The translations under genes and the position numbers were made by a program. Shown here piece after piece: positions 52,014 to 64,000 of a stretch of DNA of 64,000 nucleotides. Under the pieces are notes generated by a model. It was not told the DNA's origin. It saw nothing but the letters and a program-made list of their open reading frames with translations, and did no database searches. The stretch is from Lytechinus pictus. Taxonomy: Eukaryota. The number at the start of each line of letters is the position of its first letter. Positions within the stretch are counted from its first letter, which is position 1. The stretch is taken from contig NC_087245.1 in assembly GCF_037042905.1 (NCBI RefSeq), positions 9,054,001 through 9,118,000 on the forward strand, given 5' to 3'.

Positions 52014-52525
52014 TTAAAGGCATCGACATATTGTTTCTGCTGGGTTGTTATGTGACGTTTGGATGTAAGCATTTACAGTATTTCAACACTTGTTTAACTG
52101 ACGCAGCTGTTGTCCTAAAAATATTGTTGACAATGGAAAAGAATATATCGACGTAGACAGTCATGGTAAACAAATGTTAAGACGATCAGAAATCCATATG
52201 AAGCAACAAAGTCCATCATCAACATGATATTTCCTACGTAAAATTCGAAAATATAAACTTTGCTTAAACTCAATTTTATAGGTCATTGAAATTATCTATA
52301 CACAAGATACTTAATAATCTTCCAAGTACGACAAAAAAATGCACATTATGTCACTGAACCAGCATCCAAAACACCGTGATTACTACTCTTCATCGTCCCA
52401 TTTTTATTTATTATTATAATTTTTTTTTTTTTGGGGGGGGGGTGGATTTTATACTTTAATCCACATGATTGAATTTGTATTCATTTTTACTCATTTTGTA
52501 ATGACGGTCTCCGGTCAGCCTCTAT

Positions 52526-53594
52526 GGCCCGAATTCACAAAGGTGGTTTTTGCAGAAACCATGGTTTCAACCGTAGGTTTTACTGATTTTGCGATTCACA
52601 AAGGTGGTTTCAATCAGTACTACATTTCATCATCATCATAGGAAGAAGGCGGTGGCCTGTAATTCCCGGTCACTCCATCTATGGTTTTAGTCTGGTGAAT
52701 TTATTACTGTATACGCATGCTGAGGAGTGGGGATTTAATTTTAGCCTGAATCGAACATCCACAAGTCAAAGAAATTGAAGCCTATTATTACTTAAAACTA
52801 AGCTAAACACCATTGAAAATAAATATACATAAACAAAATCATTTATTTAAAAATGTAGAAGGGCAGAGCCTACGATGTCAAATTAAGCTTCACTCAGCTC
52901 AGCTCGGCTCTTTACACGCCCACTTCCGTTGAGGATATTCGGGGCGGAAGCGCCCCGGCAGCTACGGGGGCCGAGCTACGCAGTATTGCGATGAAAAGCA
53001 CCGAATCGTTCATCCGATTTTCGCTACTCACGATCAGAGAGAAAAGATGACAAACCTCAACAATCGTGCATCTATAGTGAATGTTACTCTCTCTATGAAG
53101 AAATTGAGTTAAGGGGATACAAGAAAGTCTATCTTCTGCGACAAAAGTGAAGAAAATGAATTATGATCACAAAATTAAGTCAGTTCTTGAGCCGGGGCCG
53201 AGTCAAGTACCAATACGGTACAGCAGCTAAATAAACGCGGGCCGGCTACATGGGAATCGCGAGATAGCTAGAAGCGCATAAAATTACACTTTTTTTTTAT
53301 ATTTCACCGAAAAAAGTTGTAGTAAGTGAAGAATCAGACCATATTACCAGTGCTATTTGTTGAATGTAAGTTTTCAATGAACTGAGCATGCTCAGTACAC
53401 GCTAAAAAAGGGGAAATCCCTGGTTTTGAGGTAAAACCCACGGTTTAAACCATGGTTTCATTTGAGTCCACTGTTGAAACCATGGTTTCATTTGAGACCA
53501 CTGTTGAAACCGTGGGTTTTAGAAACCATCGTTTGTGAATCGCAAGTTTTAGAAACCATGGTTTCAAACGAAACCACCTTTGTTAATTCGGGCC
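52526..53594. mobile_element. PIF/Harbinger-like non-autonomous element
   Basis: TIR GGCCCGAATTCACAAAGGTGGTTT / AAACCACCTTTGTTAATTCGGGCC; 3-bp TSD TAT; repeated AAACCATGGTTT subterminal palindromes. Confidence 0.85.
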
Positions 53595-53976
53595 TATGCG
53601 TTTTGTGCTCTGGTAGGCAATATTACTCCACTTCCACGCCCCCCCCCCGTATTTCCCTACTTTTCACCCCTTTCACCCCTCTTATATAATGTTGTGATTC
53701 CATGCTGTGTATTATTCTTTTCTCTTTTCACATATTTATACAAAATATATGAAAATGAGATTCACATAATCTGAGGAATGCTTTGCCCAGAATATGTTGT
53801 CAGATAATATATGAAAATTGTGTTCTCAGTGATTCAGATACTTGGTGACCAGTACTGGCTACACAGAGCCATTGTTAGCGCAAACAGAATAATAACAGTA
53901 TAGGCCCCGTCACATCTATCCGATTCTGACTGACAAAAGTTGATCCACTGATGCAAATACCGCGTTGTAGTAATAT

Positions 53977-54436
53977 TAGAGCATTTTAGCAATTACTTCG
54001 CAGACTCTTTCTATAACGCAGACAATCTTTTGTAAAAAGCCTTTCATAGCAAAGCAGCCTTTGTCGAAAATCAGTGAATCAAAATCAAAACAGCAACGTC
54101 GTCCTGGGTTCCGTAAGACATAGGTTAGCGATTGATCGTACGCTTGATTTTCACGATTGATTGTACAGTGTAGTCAATGTAATAAATCATAGGAAAATGT
54201 TCTACGATCAGCATGATCAGTGCTAAGTTTTGTGTTACGGCATACGGGGCCCCGGACTCTGGACAAACTACATTGGTATTTCTGTCCGGTCCGAATCTTA
54301 AGACGATGTGCTGTCCCTGTTCACCAACTTTCGACAATGACCTCTAATCTATCCATAGAAATTTGACAGACTTTTTCAATAGATTCTGAAAGATGCTTGC
54401 AGAAAGCGTGTGCGAAGTGGATGCTAAAATACACTA
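53977..54436. mobile_element. MITE with TAG...CTA termini (Academ-like) containing a nested MITE at 54104-54253
   Basis: IR tagagcattttagca..acttcgca.ac.ctttct / agaaag.gt.tgcgaagt..atgctaaaatacacta; no clean TSD. Confidence 0.5.
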
Positions 54437-55649
54437 TTGGGTATCCTGCGACATTACCTGCTGTGACATGGGGTCACTATTCACACAACGTTTCTGTTCG
54501 GCCGGCACTGACCTCTAGCATGGCTAGAATCTGTTATTACTGTGTCAAGTTTATTAGACTTGACAAGGGAAGTTGAAAGAATGGGAGAACTTTTGAACAT
54601 GCGGTGAGTTACTTAAAAATTGCAGAATATCGGTTGGAGAACTTATAACTCAATCGATTACGAGTCTGCAGGCACCATGGGCACAGACCCCTGGTGTTCG
54701 TAATTCGCAAAGTACATGATACAGTTTCTGAATAAGTGATACTCTAGATTCACTTCTTACGGTGAATGGCTCTACCAGAGAGAGGGTTCGGCGTCTATTC
54801 TTCACTCTAGACGTGTCGGTTAAAGTGTCAAATATGAGTCTGTGCTTGCAGACTAATCGACGACCTAAAAAAATACAGGATAGGCAACTTTGTTCAAGTC
54901 AAGTTTGGTGGGAATGTAGCCCTGTATTATCAGAAGGGTATAGCACTCTGTAAATCCAGGTGTTGGGGATAGGTGTGGATTCCAGTTATAATTATTCTGG
55001 AGAATTCATAGAATGAGCCATTATGACACGAAATCGCAAATTTCTACGGCCTAATAATTTATTTATTTCAGTTTTATTTACGCAGGGTAGCCCTTTCAGT
55101 TTATAGAACTGATTTACAAAGAGGCCCTGCAACGATAAAAAGAACATATACATATTTTACAATGGACAAATATAAGATACAATCATACAATAAAAATAAC
55201 ATTAGGAAACGTATACATGTAAGTAAAAAAATGATAATAATATTAGGAAACGTATACATGTAAATACAAAAAAATTTAAAAAAAAGGATCCAAGTTGGGT
55301 CTTAAAAAAAAGGTTATTGGGACCGAACAGTGGAAATTTCTGTCCAAAGTTTGCCGGTAGTGCCTGCCCCAATGATCACCATGATCACAATCGATTATTT
55401 TAAATATCCTGTTCATTGGTGAACAAAAATATATTAGCTTACTGAAATGATAAGACCCTTCAATAAACTACAGATCAAGATAAAACAAAATACAATTAGA
55501 ACAAATTCGGTTAGATTAACATTCCTATATTTCGAGTTATGCAATCTGCAAACATGATCATTCGCACTGTATACGAGCTCGGAACTGTAATTCAAAGCAT
55601 GCCATTACTTTGTTAACTTCATCTTTTCAGATATAAGGAGATCGGTATT

Positions 55650-55772
55650 ATGGAGGTTGAGGCAAAGACTTCAACCGGAGAGGTTGAGAAGTTTATTCTG
55701 AATAATACTTCTGATACAGAACCCCAAAAGACATCATTCGGATGGATGTGGTTTAGACCAAAGTGTATTCAG
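55650..55772 (+). CDS. SLCO gene 2 coding exon 1
   Basis: MEVEAK...FGWMWFRPKCIQ|gtttg; an acceptor (cttttcag) ends at 55630, upstream of the ATG. Confidence 0.82.
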
Positions 55773-58700
55773 GTTTGCCAATTGTCTGTTTGTCTCTACT
55801 CGTCAAAATGTGTTTTTTTTTTGCACGTTCAGTAGTGAACTTCTTATAAGATTTCTCTTTGGCAAGATACATTATAAGTTTATTTGTGCTTTCGTTGTAT
55901 GTTATTTTTATGTATGTGTATTCCACAATCGTATTCTGCAACTGGAATAACCCCTTTCAAGCTCCTTGTAGCTTTTTGATTTTCCCCATATTTCTCTTCA
56001 AATTCGTATACCTGTTCACTATCTTACTGATTCAATTATTATGTTTTTATTGTTTGAATGTATATATTTTTATTGTTCTTTTCGTAAGAAATAAAATCAA
56101 TCAGTCAATCAATCAATCAATCAATCAATTAGACATTGTGTTCACGGTATATACGGTGGGTGAACGAATGCAACGAGGCCATGGGCACGTCCAAACTAGA
56201 TTGACGTGATCTGAGATATCAACTCTTCTTCCCGAGGATGTGGATTTGCGCTCAGACTGATCGTATACATATACGCATCTTGATCATGATTGCAAAAAAA
56301 ATTATTAGACTTGATTCAACTATCTTGGCCCCGTTGCATAAAAGTTACTTTTATGGTAACTTTGCCATGCATCCAATTGTAACTTGCATGGATTTCTTGA
56401 TTCTGATCGGCTGTTGATCAGCGAAGTTACCAATGGATGGCAAAGTTACCATAATAGTAACTTTTCTGCAACAGGGCCCCAGTTCTAAATACATGAAATA
56501 CCCCAAAACGTGTGCTCGCGGCTCGCTTTTATTTATTTAGGCTTATCTTATTTTGCTTGTATGAATAAGATTAAAATAGGACCACCCCCTCAAAAGACCC
56601 CCAAAAATAAAAAAATAAAAATCAGCATTTAGCGGCCCGGCGGGGAAAATGGAAGAAAAAAAAATATGATGTACTTTCGAATCAGTCTACTTGCCGAAAC
56701 GTCCCTACTTTTTAACACTCAAACATATAGCATATGGTTTTGACCTTTCCTAGTATAAGAGTCAGTCTTAACTTTCTAGTTCCAGCCTTCATTGCATCAC
56801 AGATATTGTATGTCTTTCATTGGTGCTCTACTGTTACCTTTGATAATGTATTTATGTCACCCCTTCTTTGATCGTTTTCATGACGAGGTTTATAGTTTGT
56901 TTGACGATGAATTCAATCGAATGTGATTGATAATATTTGATAGGCTGCATTGCTCAACTTTTTATCAATATTACTGTTACGCAGAATGTTTAACTGGATA
57001 GATGATGAAATTAATTTACCAAAATGTTTTTTATCACCATTTCAAGGGATAGCTTACAATGGCATACATCACGTTCCAGTCATGGAGAAATCGTGCATAT
57101 TGTAGATAATTTCATTCATTTCGATCAAATGGATTTATTGTCCTATAATTACCGAATCAAAGTGATTTTTATTGACCATTATCACTCATTATTAAAAGGA
57201 AATACCGAAAAGAAGATTCAATGGAGAACATGTTGAATAGCATGCAATCATTCATAACCAAATCCGAAAGCTCCTTTATTTTCCTTTCTATGATCGCATT
57301 TTTTTTCACTTTCTATTATATTCAGGTGATCAATAACCCGCTAGGGTACTGTTTTATGCTATGTCTCTTGACTATATGTCAAAGTATGACTTCATTTGGG
57401 TTGGTCTATGTCAATCTTACCACCCTTGAGAAACGCTTTGCCTTCAACAGTGTGCAAAGCAGTTGGATATCGAGTTCGTATGACTTCTGCAATCTCGTCG
57501 CCGCTGTTTTTGTAACTTACTTTGGCGAGAAGGGACATCGACCACTCTGGGTAGGGATTAGTTCCGTTCTCTTTTCCATAGGTAAGTGTATCTATCACCA
57601 ATTGTCCGTTTTCCAATTTTCCTTACACTGAATGTGGAAGAAAATCAAGTGTAGGAAAACATCCGGTCATTGAGCTCACAAGGTTTTCTTTTCAAATACA
57701 ACCGCTTTAGTTTGTTGAGGGGTACATCGATCTATCAGTGCCATAAACAGCTACCATTATCGCCGAAATCAAGCAAATGGCTAGAGAAAATTTGCGGCAT
57801 GATTCTGCCGACTTGTTAAAAAAATATCACCTAAAACACAAAGATTACAGACAAATTATTATACTTTCATATTAAATTCATATGATTTATTTTTACCAAC
57901 AGGATCCATCATATTTTCAATGCCTCATTTTATATCTCCAAACTACGTCTATCATGAGACCATGTCTGATTTGTGTGGTTTGTCAAATCAGACAAACTTG
58001 TGCGACGGTGAAGCCATACATGAATCTGATGATGAACGATTCCATTTATACGCACCCTTCTTTGTCATAGGTCAGGTAGGCATATAAGGATTCTTTTAAA
58101 TATAAATAAAGATACATGTACACATGGGCGGAAATCCCAGTGGGGACGTGTCCCCCCTATTAAAAATAGTAGGGGGGACGCAATATCAAATGTCCCCCCT
58201 ATTTTTTTTTTTGTCTTTTATGAGCTTAAGAAATACATCATTCAAAATCGAAATAAAACATGTATTTTGGGATGATAACCTTTTCTTTTTTTCTTTTTTT
58301 TTTGCTTGTCAAAATTTCCAGCCCCTCGTCCTGCATGTACATAAAGCAGTATTGTTATGTCATATTATATATTCTTCGCCCATCTTTACATCTGGTGATC
58401 ATATTAGCCCAACAGGGCATGGATACTGTCAGTTGAAGGAGTATAATGTGCCTCATAGTCTTACATGACCATGCAGAGGATCCAAAATATGTGGATTAAT
58501 TTGAAGGAAGAAAGAAATCCTGAAAAACTGAGAGCAAAGTGAAGTTAGACTAAGAGTTATACTCCGTATCTTTCTAGGATATAATGTATCTATCTGTCAG
58601 TCGTACCAATTGATATCGTCGTAATTTCTCTCTCCGTTTTATGATGGCAAAACTATATAGAACAAACTTAATTCATATATTGTCATCGCATTATTTTAGT

Positions 58701-61700
58701 TTCTTCATGGTATAGGATCGGCATGCCTGTATACACTTGGTGTAGCATACATCGACGAAAATGTCCCAACAAGACATTTTGGAGCATACATGGGTAGGTA
58801 GATATAACCATCATGACTAAAGAATGTTGAAGGAAAATGTATCAAAGTCAATTGAATATTTTAGTGTGGTGTTTGGGGTGGATTGAGGAGTGCAGTGATA
58901 TAGTTTTTGTATCGTGCACTTGCCTAAAGGAGGGAGCCTTGGGGCTGTGCCCCGAATTTTCCAGAACAAGAAAAAAGAGAGAAAACGGGGAGAGGAAAAA
59001 ATATGAAATATGGAGAACACGCCATGGCTTGGAATCGAATCCACGTCCCTCAGATTGAAAGACGAGAGTCATGCACTCGACCACATCGCCCTTACTTATG
59101 CTCTTTTAAACCAACATGATCAATGAATCATAATTTCTTTGTTACTACGAAAACGCCCCCCCCCCCTCCGTCTCTCACCCTCTCTCTCGCTCTCTCTCTC
59201 TCTCTCTTGCAGGCGTTTACCAAGGTATCTGTGTGATCGGTCCTTCACTTGGTTATGCACTAGGTGGTGTGTTTCTCAGCATCTACGGTGATTTGAATGT
59301 TGATACCGATACGTAAGTTTTACTTTATCTTACCATTGAATCATCTTTGTAAGTTTAAAAAAGTGATATAAAAATTAGGTGATAGAGGTCAGTTTAGATC
59401 ACCGTTAATCACGTCCTCATTTTCATGTTCAATAGAAATTCAGAATTATTTTTATACGGGCTTGTTGAAAAATTGTTTTAATTTAATGTTAAAGTAAATG
59501 GGAATGATGTTCACATTCAAAATACTGCATGGCATGGCTCCCATTCATCTCAGTGTTACAGACTTCGAAGTTCTCATGACACCATGCTCTTGAGTCGCCC
59601 ACCTTTAAAAAAGATTACACTAGGCGTAAACTGATCATGCCTTTGTTAGTGCTACAGCCAAACTCTGGAATAATATCCCTTGCTTAATAAGAAACGCATT
59701 ATCTGTTACCTTGTTCAAAACTTAACTAAAACCTATCTTTTCAATAAATACGCAACTTTTTTAATATATTTTTTTCGAAACGATTTGCTTTCCTTTCCCT
59801 TATTTATAACTTTATAACTCTATAATCCGTACTTTTGTTACTTATCCTGTTAACTATTTCACCATGTTAAGTATTGTAATGCGAAGTTGAGTAAAAATTG
59901 CGGAATATAAATGATTAAATGTACAATTTATACAGTGCGTATCAAAAAAAAGTTTCCTCTTAGAAAAACTCCTGTAAAATTATACATTTGTAATATCCTG
60001 AAGATTTTTCCACATTTTAACATTGGTACAGATCCATTTAAAATAGAAATATATTGAAAATCATAAAAATGAAGAATTATATATCAAATTAAAGGGGAAA
60101 ATAAGAAGAACACGATGGTGTACATCATTTATCATGGAGACCGATGAAACTCACTTAATTGATAGTTTAAAGTTCTCTCTCTGAATGCTTCAAACACGCT
60201 CAATTACGTCCGCGAAATTGGGGTTTTTTGATGACGTGTATAAGTGTACGAGAGACGTGATTGGCTCTCCCACGTCAAGCTCCACTTGCATGCAAAACCT
60301 GTTGCGAGGGTACGTTTTCCTCACACTGTCACTGAATACTTCGATCACGAAATGAAAGAAAACCCAGAAGTTTATCTAGATTTTGGATTTTCAAATTGAT
60401 GATTTTGAAGATGAAGAGAATGATGATGAAGTTTCTAGCTCTAGTGACGTGGATGGAGGTAAATTAGGGGAATTACGTCTATGATGATGAGTCGGACAAT
60501 TCAACTTGCATGCCGATTCGCTACCAACTTACGCAGCAGCTGCTAGTGCTAGCTGCACATAGGCCTACCGCGGGCCAAAATAAATCCATGAAAATTCCAG
60601 CCTGACCAGCCATACAGAGTCTCTTCCCTCTGTCAACATGGTCACGGCTCTAAAGAAGGAAAATAATGATATCACTGTACTTACAAACAAGTGAATATAT
60701 CCGAATCTGAAGGCAAATCAACTCAACGAATAGCAGCAGACGATATTCACCGACGATAAACTTCACGTGGCTGGGATAAATGTCACTCGTTCTGTTAGAT
60801 ATAATTTCTAACTCATTATTTTGACAAAATTACGAAACTCGGGGAATTATTTTTCTATATAAAAATATAGTAATACCTCGTACTATTTTTAAATTACGAT
60901 AAAACCTCTTTTGAAGCAAAAAGTTGAGGTAAATTAAAATTAGATATAAAAGATCATCCCCAACATGTGTAGCTCGTATGTGATTGTAAACAAACCATCC
61001 AAAATGCCGATTGAGAACTGTGCAACACGTGCATCTACTCTCTCAGCCAAGGCGAGCAGGCAATGTGTGTTTGTGAATGTTTGTTTACAATCACATACGA
61101 GCTACGCATGTTGGGGATGATCTTTTACATCTAATTCTAATTCTGCTATTCGTTGAGTTGATTTACCTTCAGATTCGGATATATTCACTTGTTTGTAAGT
61201 ACAGTTATATCATTATTTTCCTTCTTTAGAGCCTTGACAGAGGGAACAGACTCTGTATGGATGGTCAGGCTGGAATTTTCATGGATTTATTTTGGCCCGC
61301 GGTAGGCCTACGTGCAGCTAGCACTAGCACTAGCACTAGCAGCTGCATGAGTTGGTAGCGAATCGGCATGCAAGTTGAATTGTCCGACTCATTATCATAG
61401 ACGTAATTCCCCTAATTTACCTCCATCCACGTCACTAGAGCTAGAAACTTCATCATCATTCCCTTCATCTTCAAAATCATCAATTTGAAAATCCAAAATC
61501 TAGATAAACTTCTGGGTTTTCTTTCATTTCGTGATCGAAGTATTCAGTGACAGTGTGGAGAAAACGTACCCTCGCAACAGGTTTTGCATGCAAGTGGAGC
61601 TTGACGTGGGAGAGCCAATCACGTCTCTCGTACACTCATACACGTCATCAAATTCGAGTCGATTCAGAGACCGATGGGAGGCGTATTTCGGAGAGGCATT

Positions 61701-63401
61701 TTAGCGCTTTTTAATTGGCGATTTCCACCTTATGTATTACTTTCGTTATTTTTGAATGACCAAATAATAATCCCCACATCATGACCTTTCCACTGATATA
61801 TAATAAGGCCATATTCATAATCGATATAACTGTCGAAAAATATTTCCGCTTGAGTGAGCACCACTTACTTTTGTAAAGTTAGTGAAAATGATTTGCGCAG
61901 AACTTTAAAATGGTTATGCGAATAAAAGTAGACACTCATCATGAAGAACACATGGAATTTAGCTAGTTAAATTGATTTGAAGATATATTTTACGTTCTTT
62001 AACTTGTTTCCTTGCTCAAAACATTTTGAAGTGTGCATTGTGCCCCATCCCACTCTCCCACACATCGAGGCCATCAAGACGATATTTGCTTTACACTGAG
62101 CTGTAATTTACATGAAATGGCTAAGGCTTGATTTTCATTTGTTAATCATTGTCAAGCTTTGGGAAAGTGTGGAGAAACAAGTATTAAATGAAAAATGAAA
62201 CGTAAACCCATTTGAAATGATAAAAACTTAGTGAAAAAATACTGGAGATGTCTGATATAAACTTTTGTTCAGATTCAGTTATGTCCTCAGATCCAGCTGG
62301 CACAAAAAGGGTAAAGGTTGTGCTTACTAAGTGTTTGAATTTCAATTTGGGTGGCAAAATTGTTGCAAAATGCTTGAATATATCCGTTTTTATTTCAATC
62401 GACTAAACGTGCAAGGGAAATGTATGAGAAATGTTTCGCAAGGTAAGTTTGATTTCGCCCTTTTCCCTTGACACAGCGTGAAAACGAGTATTTCTGCGCA
62501 AACAGATTTATGTGAGCTTTACAAAAATGGACAGTGCTCACTCAAGTGTAACATTCTGTCAAAACTTTTACTTTCATTGGATAGATGAGACCCAAACCCA
62601 ACATTTATATGTGAAAAAATTACCCACATGTTGTATATTTTTTAATTCCCAGGTCTTTTTCAAAGTGTAAACTTTTTTTTGATACGCACTGCATTATTAT
62701 TGTGTACGGTTTATTATTTCTTAATGTGACTTTGTAAACAAATATGCCCGATCTTAGCTTTATATACCATAACATTCCCATTCTCCTTGACTTTCATCTT
62801 CAATGACTTCATTTGTTTGTTTCTTAGACTCACAATAGATAAGACAAACCCTCTATGGGTAGGTGCTTGGTGGATTGGCTTCATAATGAATGGAGTTCTT
62901 CTCTTCATCTTCTCGATTATCTACATGGGATTCCCAAAATCTCTTCCAGGTAACCGTTAGAGTATCCACAGTGACGTAACCAATTTAACATATCCCCAAA
63001 ATGATTATAACAATATTATTTCAAATAACTTGAGCCATACCCCCATAAAAGTCGTATAGAATCCTTAATAACACCTTCCCGGAATTGTACATGTACATTG
63101 ATTTTATATTATGTTCAAAATAGCCAACACTGTAATTGGTTTTTAGGAGGAAGTGTGATCATGAGAGATCGTCAGTTCGAGACCCAAAAGGATTGTGAAT
63201 TCACAGGGAAAGATGGCGCAGTTAACCAAACCAAGGATTTACCACGAGCTGTGTGGAATCTTGTCACCAATCTTCCCTTTATGTTCATGAGTATGACCGT
63301 TGTCTTCCAGTTCTTCCTCTTGGCTACTCTTGCTGTCTTTGGACCGAAGTATATTGAGTCACAACTTAGCATGAGTCCAAATGAGGCTGCGTATTCTATG
63401 G
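55650..63401 (+). CDS. SLCO4A1-like: OATP/SLCO family transporter, SLCO4-like, gene 2 (coding exons 1-7; 3' part beyond window)
   Basis: Exons: 55650-55772, 57326-57581, 57903-58075, 58700-58793, 59213-59312, 62828-62949, 63147-63401. GT-AG introns with the same phases as gene 1; identical lengths for exons 2, 4, 5, 6, 7 (256/94/100/122/255 nt); frame is open throughout. Confidence 0.92.
55830..56130 (+). mobile_element. Probable LINE 3' UTR remnant with (TCAA)n tail
   Basis: T-rich tract, caagct..agct hairpin motif, AATAAA followed by (TCAA)n. Confidence 0.5.
56326..56480. mobile_element. Small palindromic Harbinger-like MITE
   Basis: GGCCCCGTTGCATAAAAGTTAC..ATGGTAACTTTGCCAT / ATGGCAAAGTTACCAT..GTAACTTTTCTGCAACAGGGCC. 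Confidence 0.75.
57326..57581 (+). CDS. SLCO gene 2 exon 2
   Basis: tcag|VINNPLGYCF...TTLEKRF...GHRPLWVG..|gtaag. Confidence 0.92.
57903..58075 (+). CDS. SLCO gene 2 exon 3
   Basis: acag|SIIFSMPHFISPNY...PFFVIGQ|gtagg. Confidence 0.9.
58700..58793 (+). CDS. SLCO gene 2 exon 4
   Basis: ttag|FLHGIGSACLYTLGVAYIDENVPTRHFGAYM G|gtagg. Confidence 0.92.
58865..59092 (-). mobile_element. tRNA-derived SINE fragment in intron 4 of gene 2
   Basis: Minus strand reads GGGCGATGTGGTCGAGTG...GGATTCGATTCCAAGCCATGGCGTGTT (A/B-box-like), followed by a non-tRNA body. Confidence 0.6.
59213..59312 (+). CDS. SLCO gene 2 exon 5
   Basis: gcag|VYQGICVIGPSLGYALGGVFLSIYGD..|gtaag. Confidence 0.92.
59933..62691. mobile_element. 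Tc1/mariner-type non-autonomous element, copy 2, interrupted at 60042-61821
   Basis: Colinear with 19943-20928 on both sides of the insertion; same TIRs. Confidence 0.88.
60227..61652. repeat. Long near-perfect inverted repeat (foldback)
   Basis: Outer arms about 60227-60737 / 61142-61652; inner arms about 60938-60995 / 61079-61136. Confidence 0.9.
62828..62949 (+). CDS. SLCO gene 2 exon 6
   Basis: ttag|LTIDKTNPLWVGAWWIGFIMNG...GFPKSLP G|gtaac. Confidence 0.92.
63147..63401 (+). CDS. SLCO gene 2 exon 7
   Basis: ttag|GSVIMRDRQFETQ...LAVFGPKYIESQL..AAYSM G|gtaag. Confidence 0.9.
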
Positions 63402-64000
63402 GTAAGAAGCAACTTTGTTGTTGTTCTTCGAAGGGTTAAATTAGGATTAATAAAACACGATTTTTTTCAGATCATCGTTTATAATAATCTTTATTTGATA
63501 ATAAAATAGAGAAGGTACAATTTACCCGGGTCCTTTACCAGTGATAATGGGACAAACTCCCCTTTACTTGCAATAGGCAGGGTTTTGTTCTTCAATATGT
63601 TCAATGCAGTACCTACTATACGAATAGCATCGGATGTCGAAAGCTTGGTTTTGAGGGTTTAGCAATCGCCTTTGCAAGAATTCTATTAAATGTCATTTTA
63701 GTGTTATGCTAAAAGAAATTCCAGCGTCACGACATTACATTCATATTTGTTTTTGGCATCTTTGGGGGTTTATATTTAGAAATCATAACTTATTCTCTAG
63801 AAATTTGTATTAATTCCGAAAACTTGCAAACATGTGTTAACAATTTGAATTCAAATAAGATTCCATTGCTCATTGGTCTACATGCACGAAGTTCGCCATT
63901 TCTGGCATTTCCTTTTTTGGGGGATTGGTCAATTCTTTAAAGCTTTATTATGAAATGAAGCAAATCTCCCTAAATCAGTGCGTAGCCAGCGTAGGTCCTA

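Overview
AT-rich, intron-containing animal genomic DNA. The repeat repertoire resembles that of a sea urchin or other marine invertebrate (inference). No prokaryotic features, CRISPR arrays or rRNA are present. The host genes are two tandem + strand organic anion transporting polypeptide (OATP/SLCO4-like) paralogues. Gene 1 is complete (12 coding exons, 26774-37993, 696 aa by my manual splicing). Gene 2 has coding exons 1-7 (55650-63401) and runs off the window end. An intact 988-aa endonuclease + reverse transcriptase ORF of a CR1/L2-group LINE lies upstream of gene 1. The rest is dominated by non-autonomous DNA transposons, classified by their termini and target-site duplications as Kolobok-, hAT-, Harbinger-, Tc1/mariner-, EnSpm-, Ginger-, IS3EU-, Crypton- and Helentron/HINE-like. 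Many are nested, including an 8.2-kb IS3EU-type Russian-doll element between the two genes and a 1.4-kb foldback in an intron of gene 2. Nearly all short ORFs in the track are noise or exon read-through. I found no new multi-gene system. The best leads are the loss of conserved OATP residues and the transposon architectures. Coordinates were counted by eye and may be off by a few bases for repeats.
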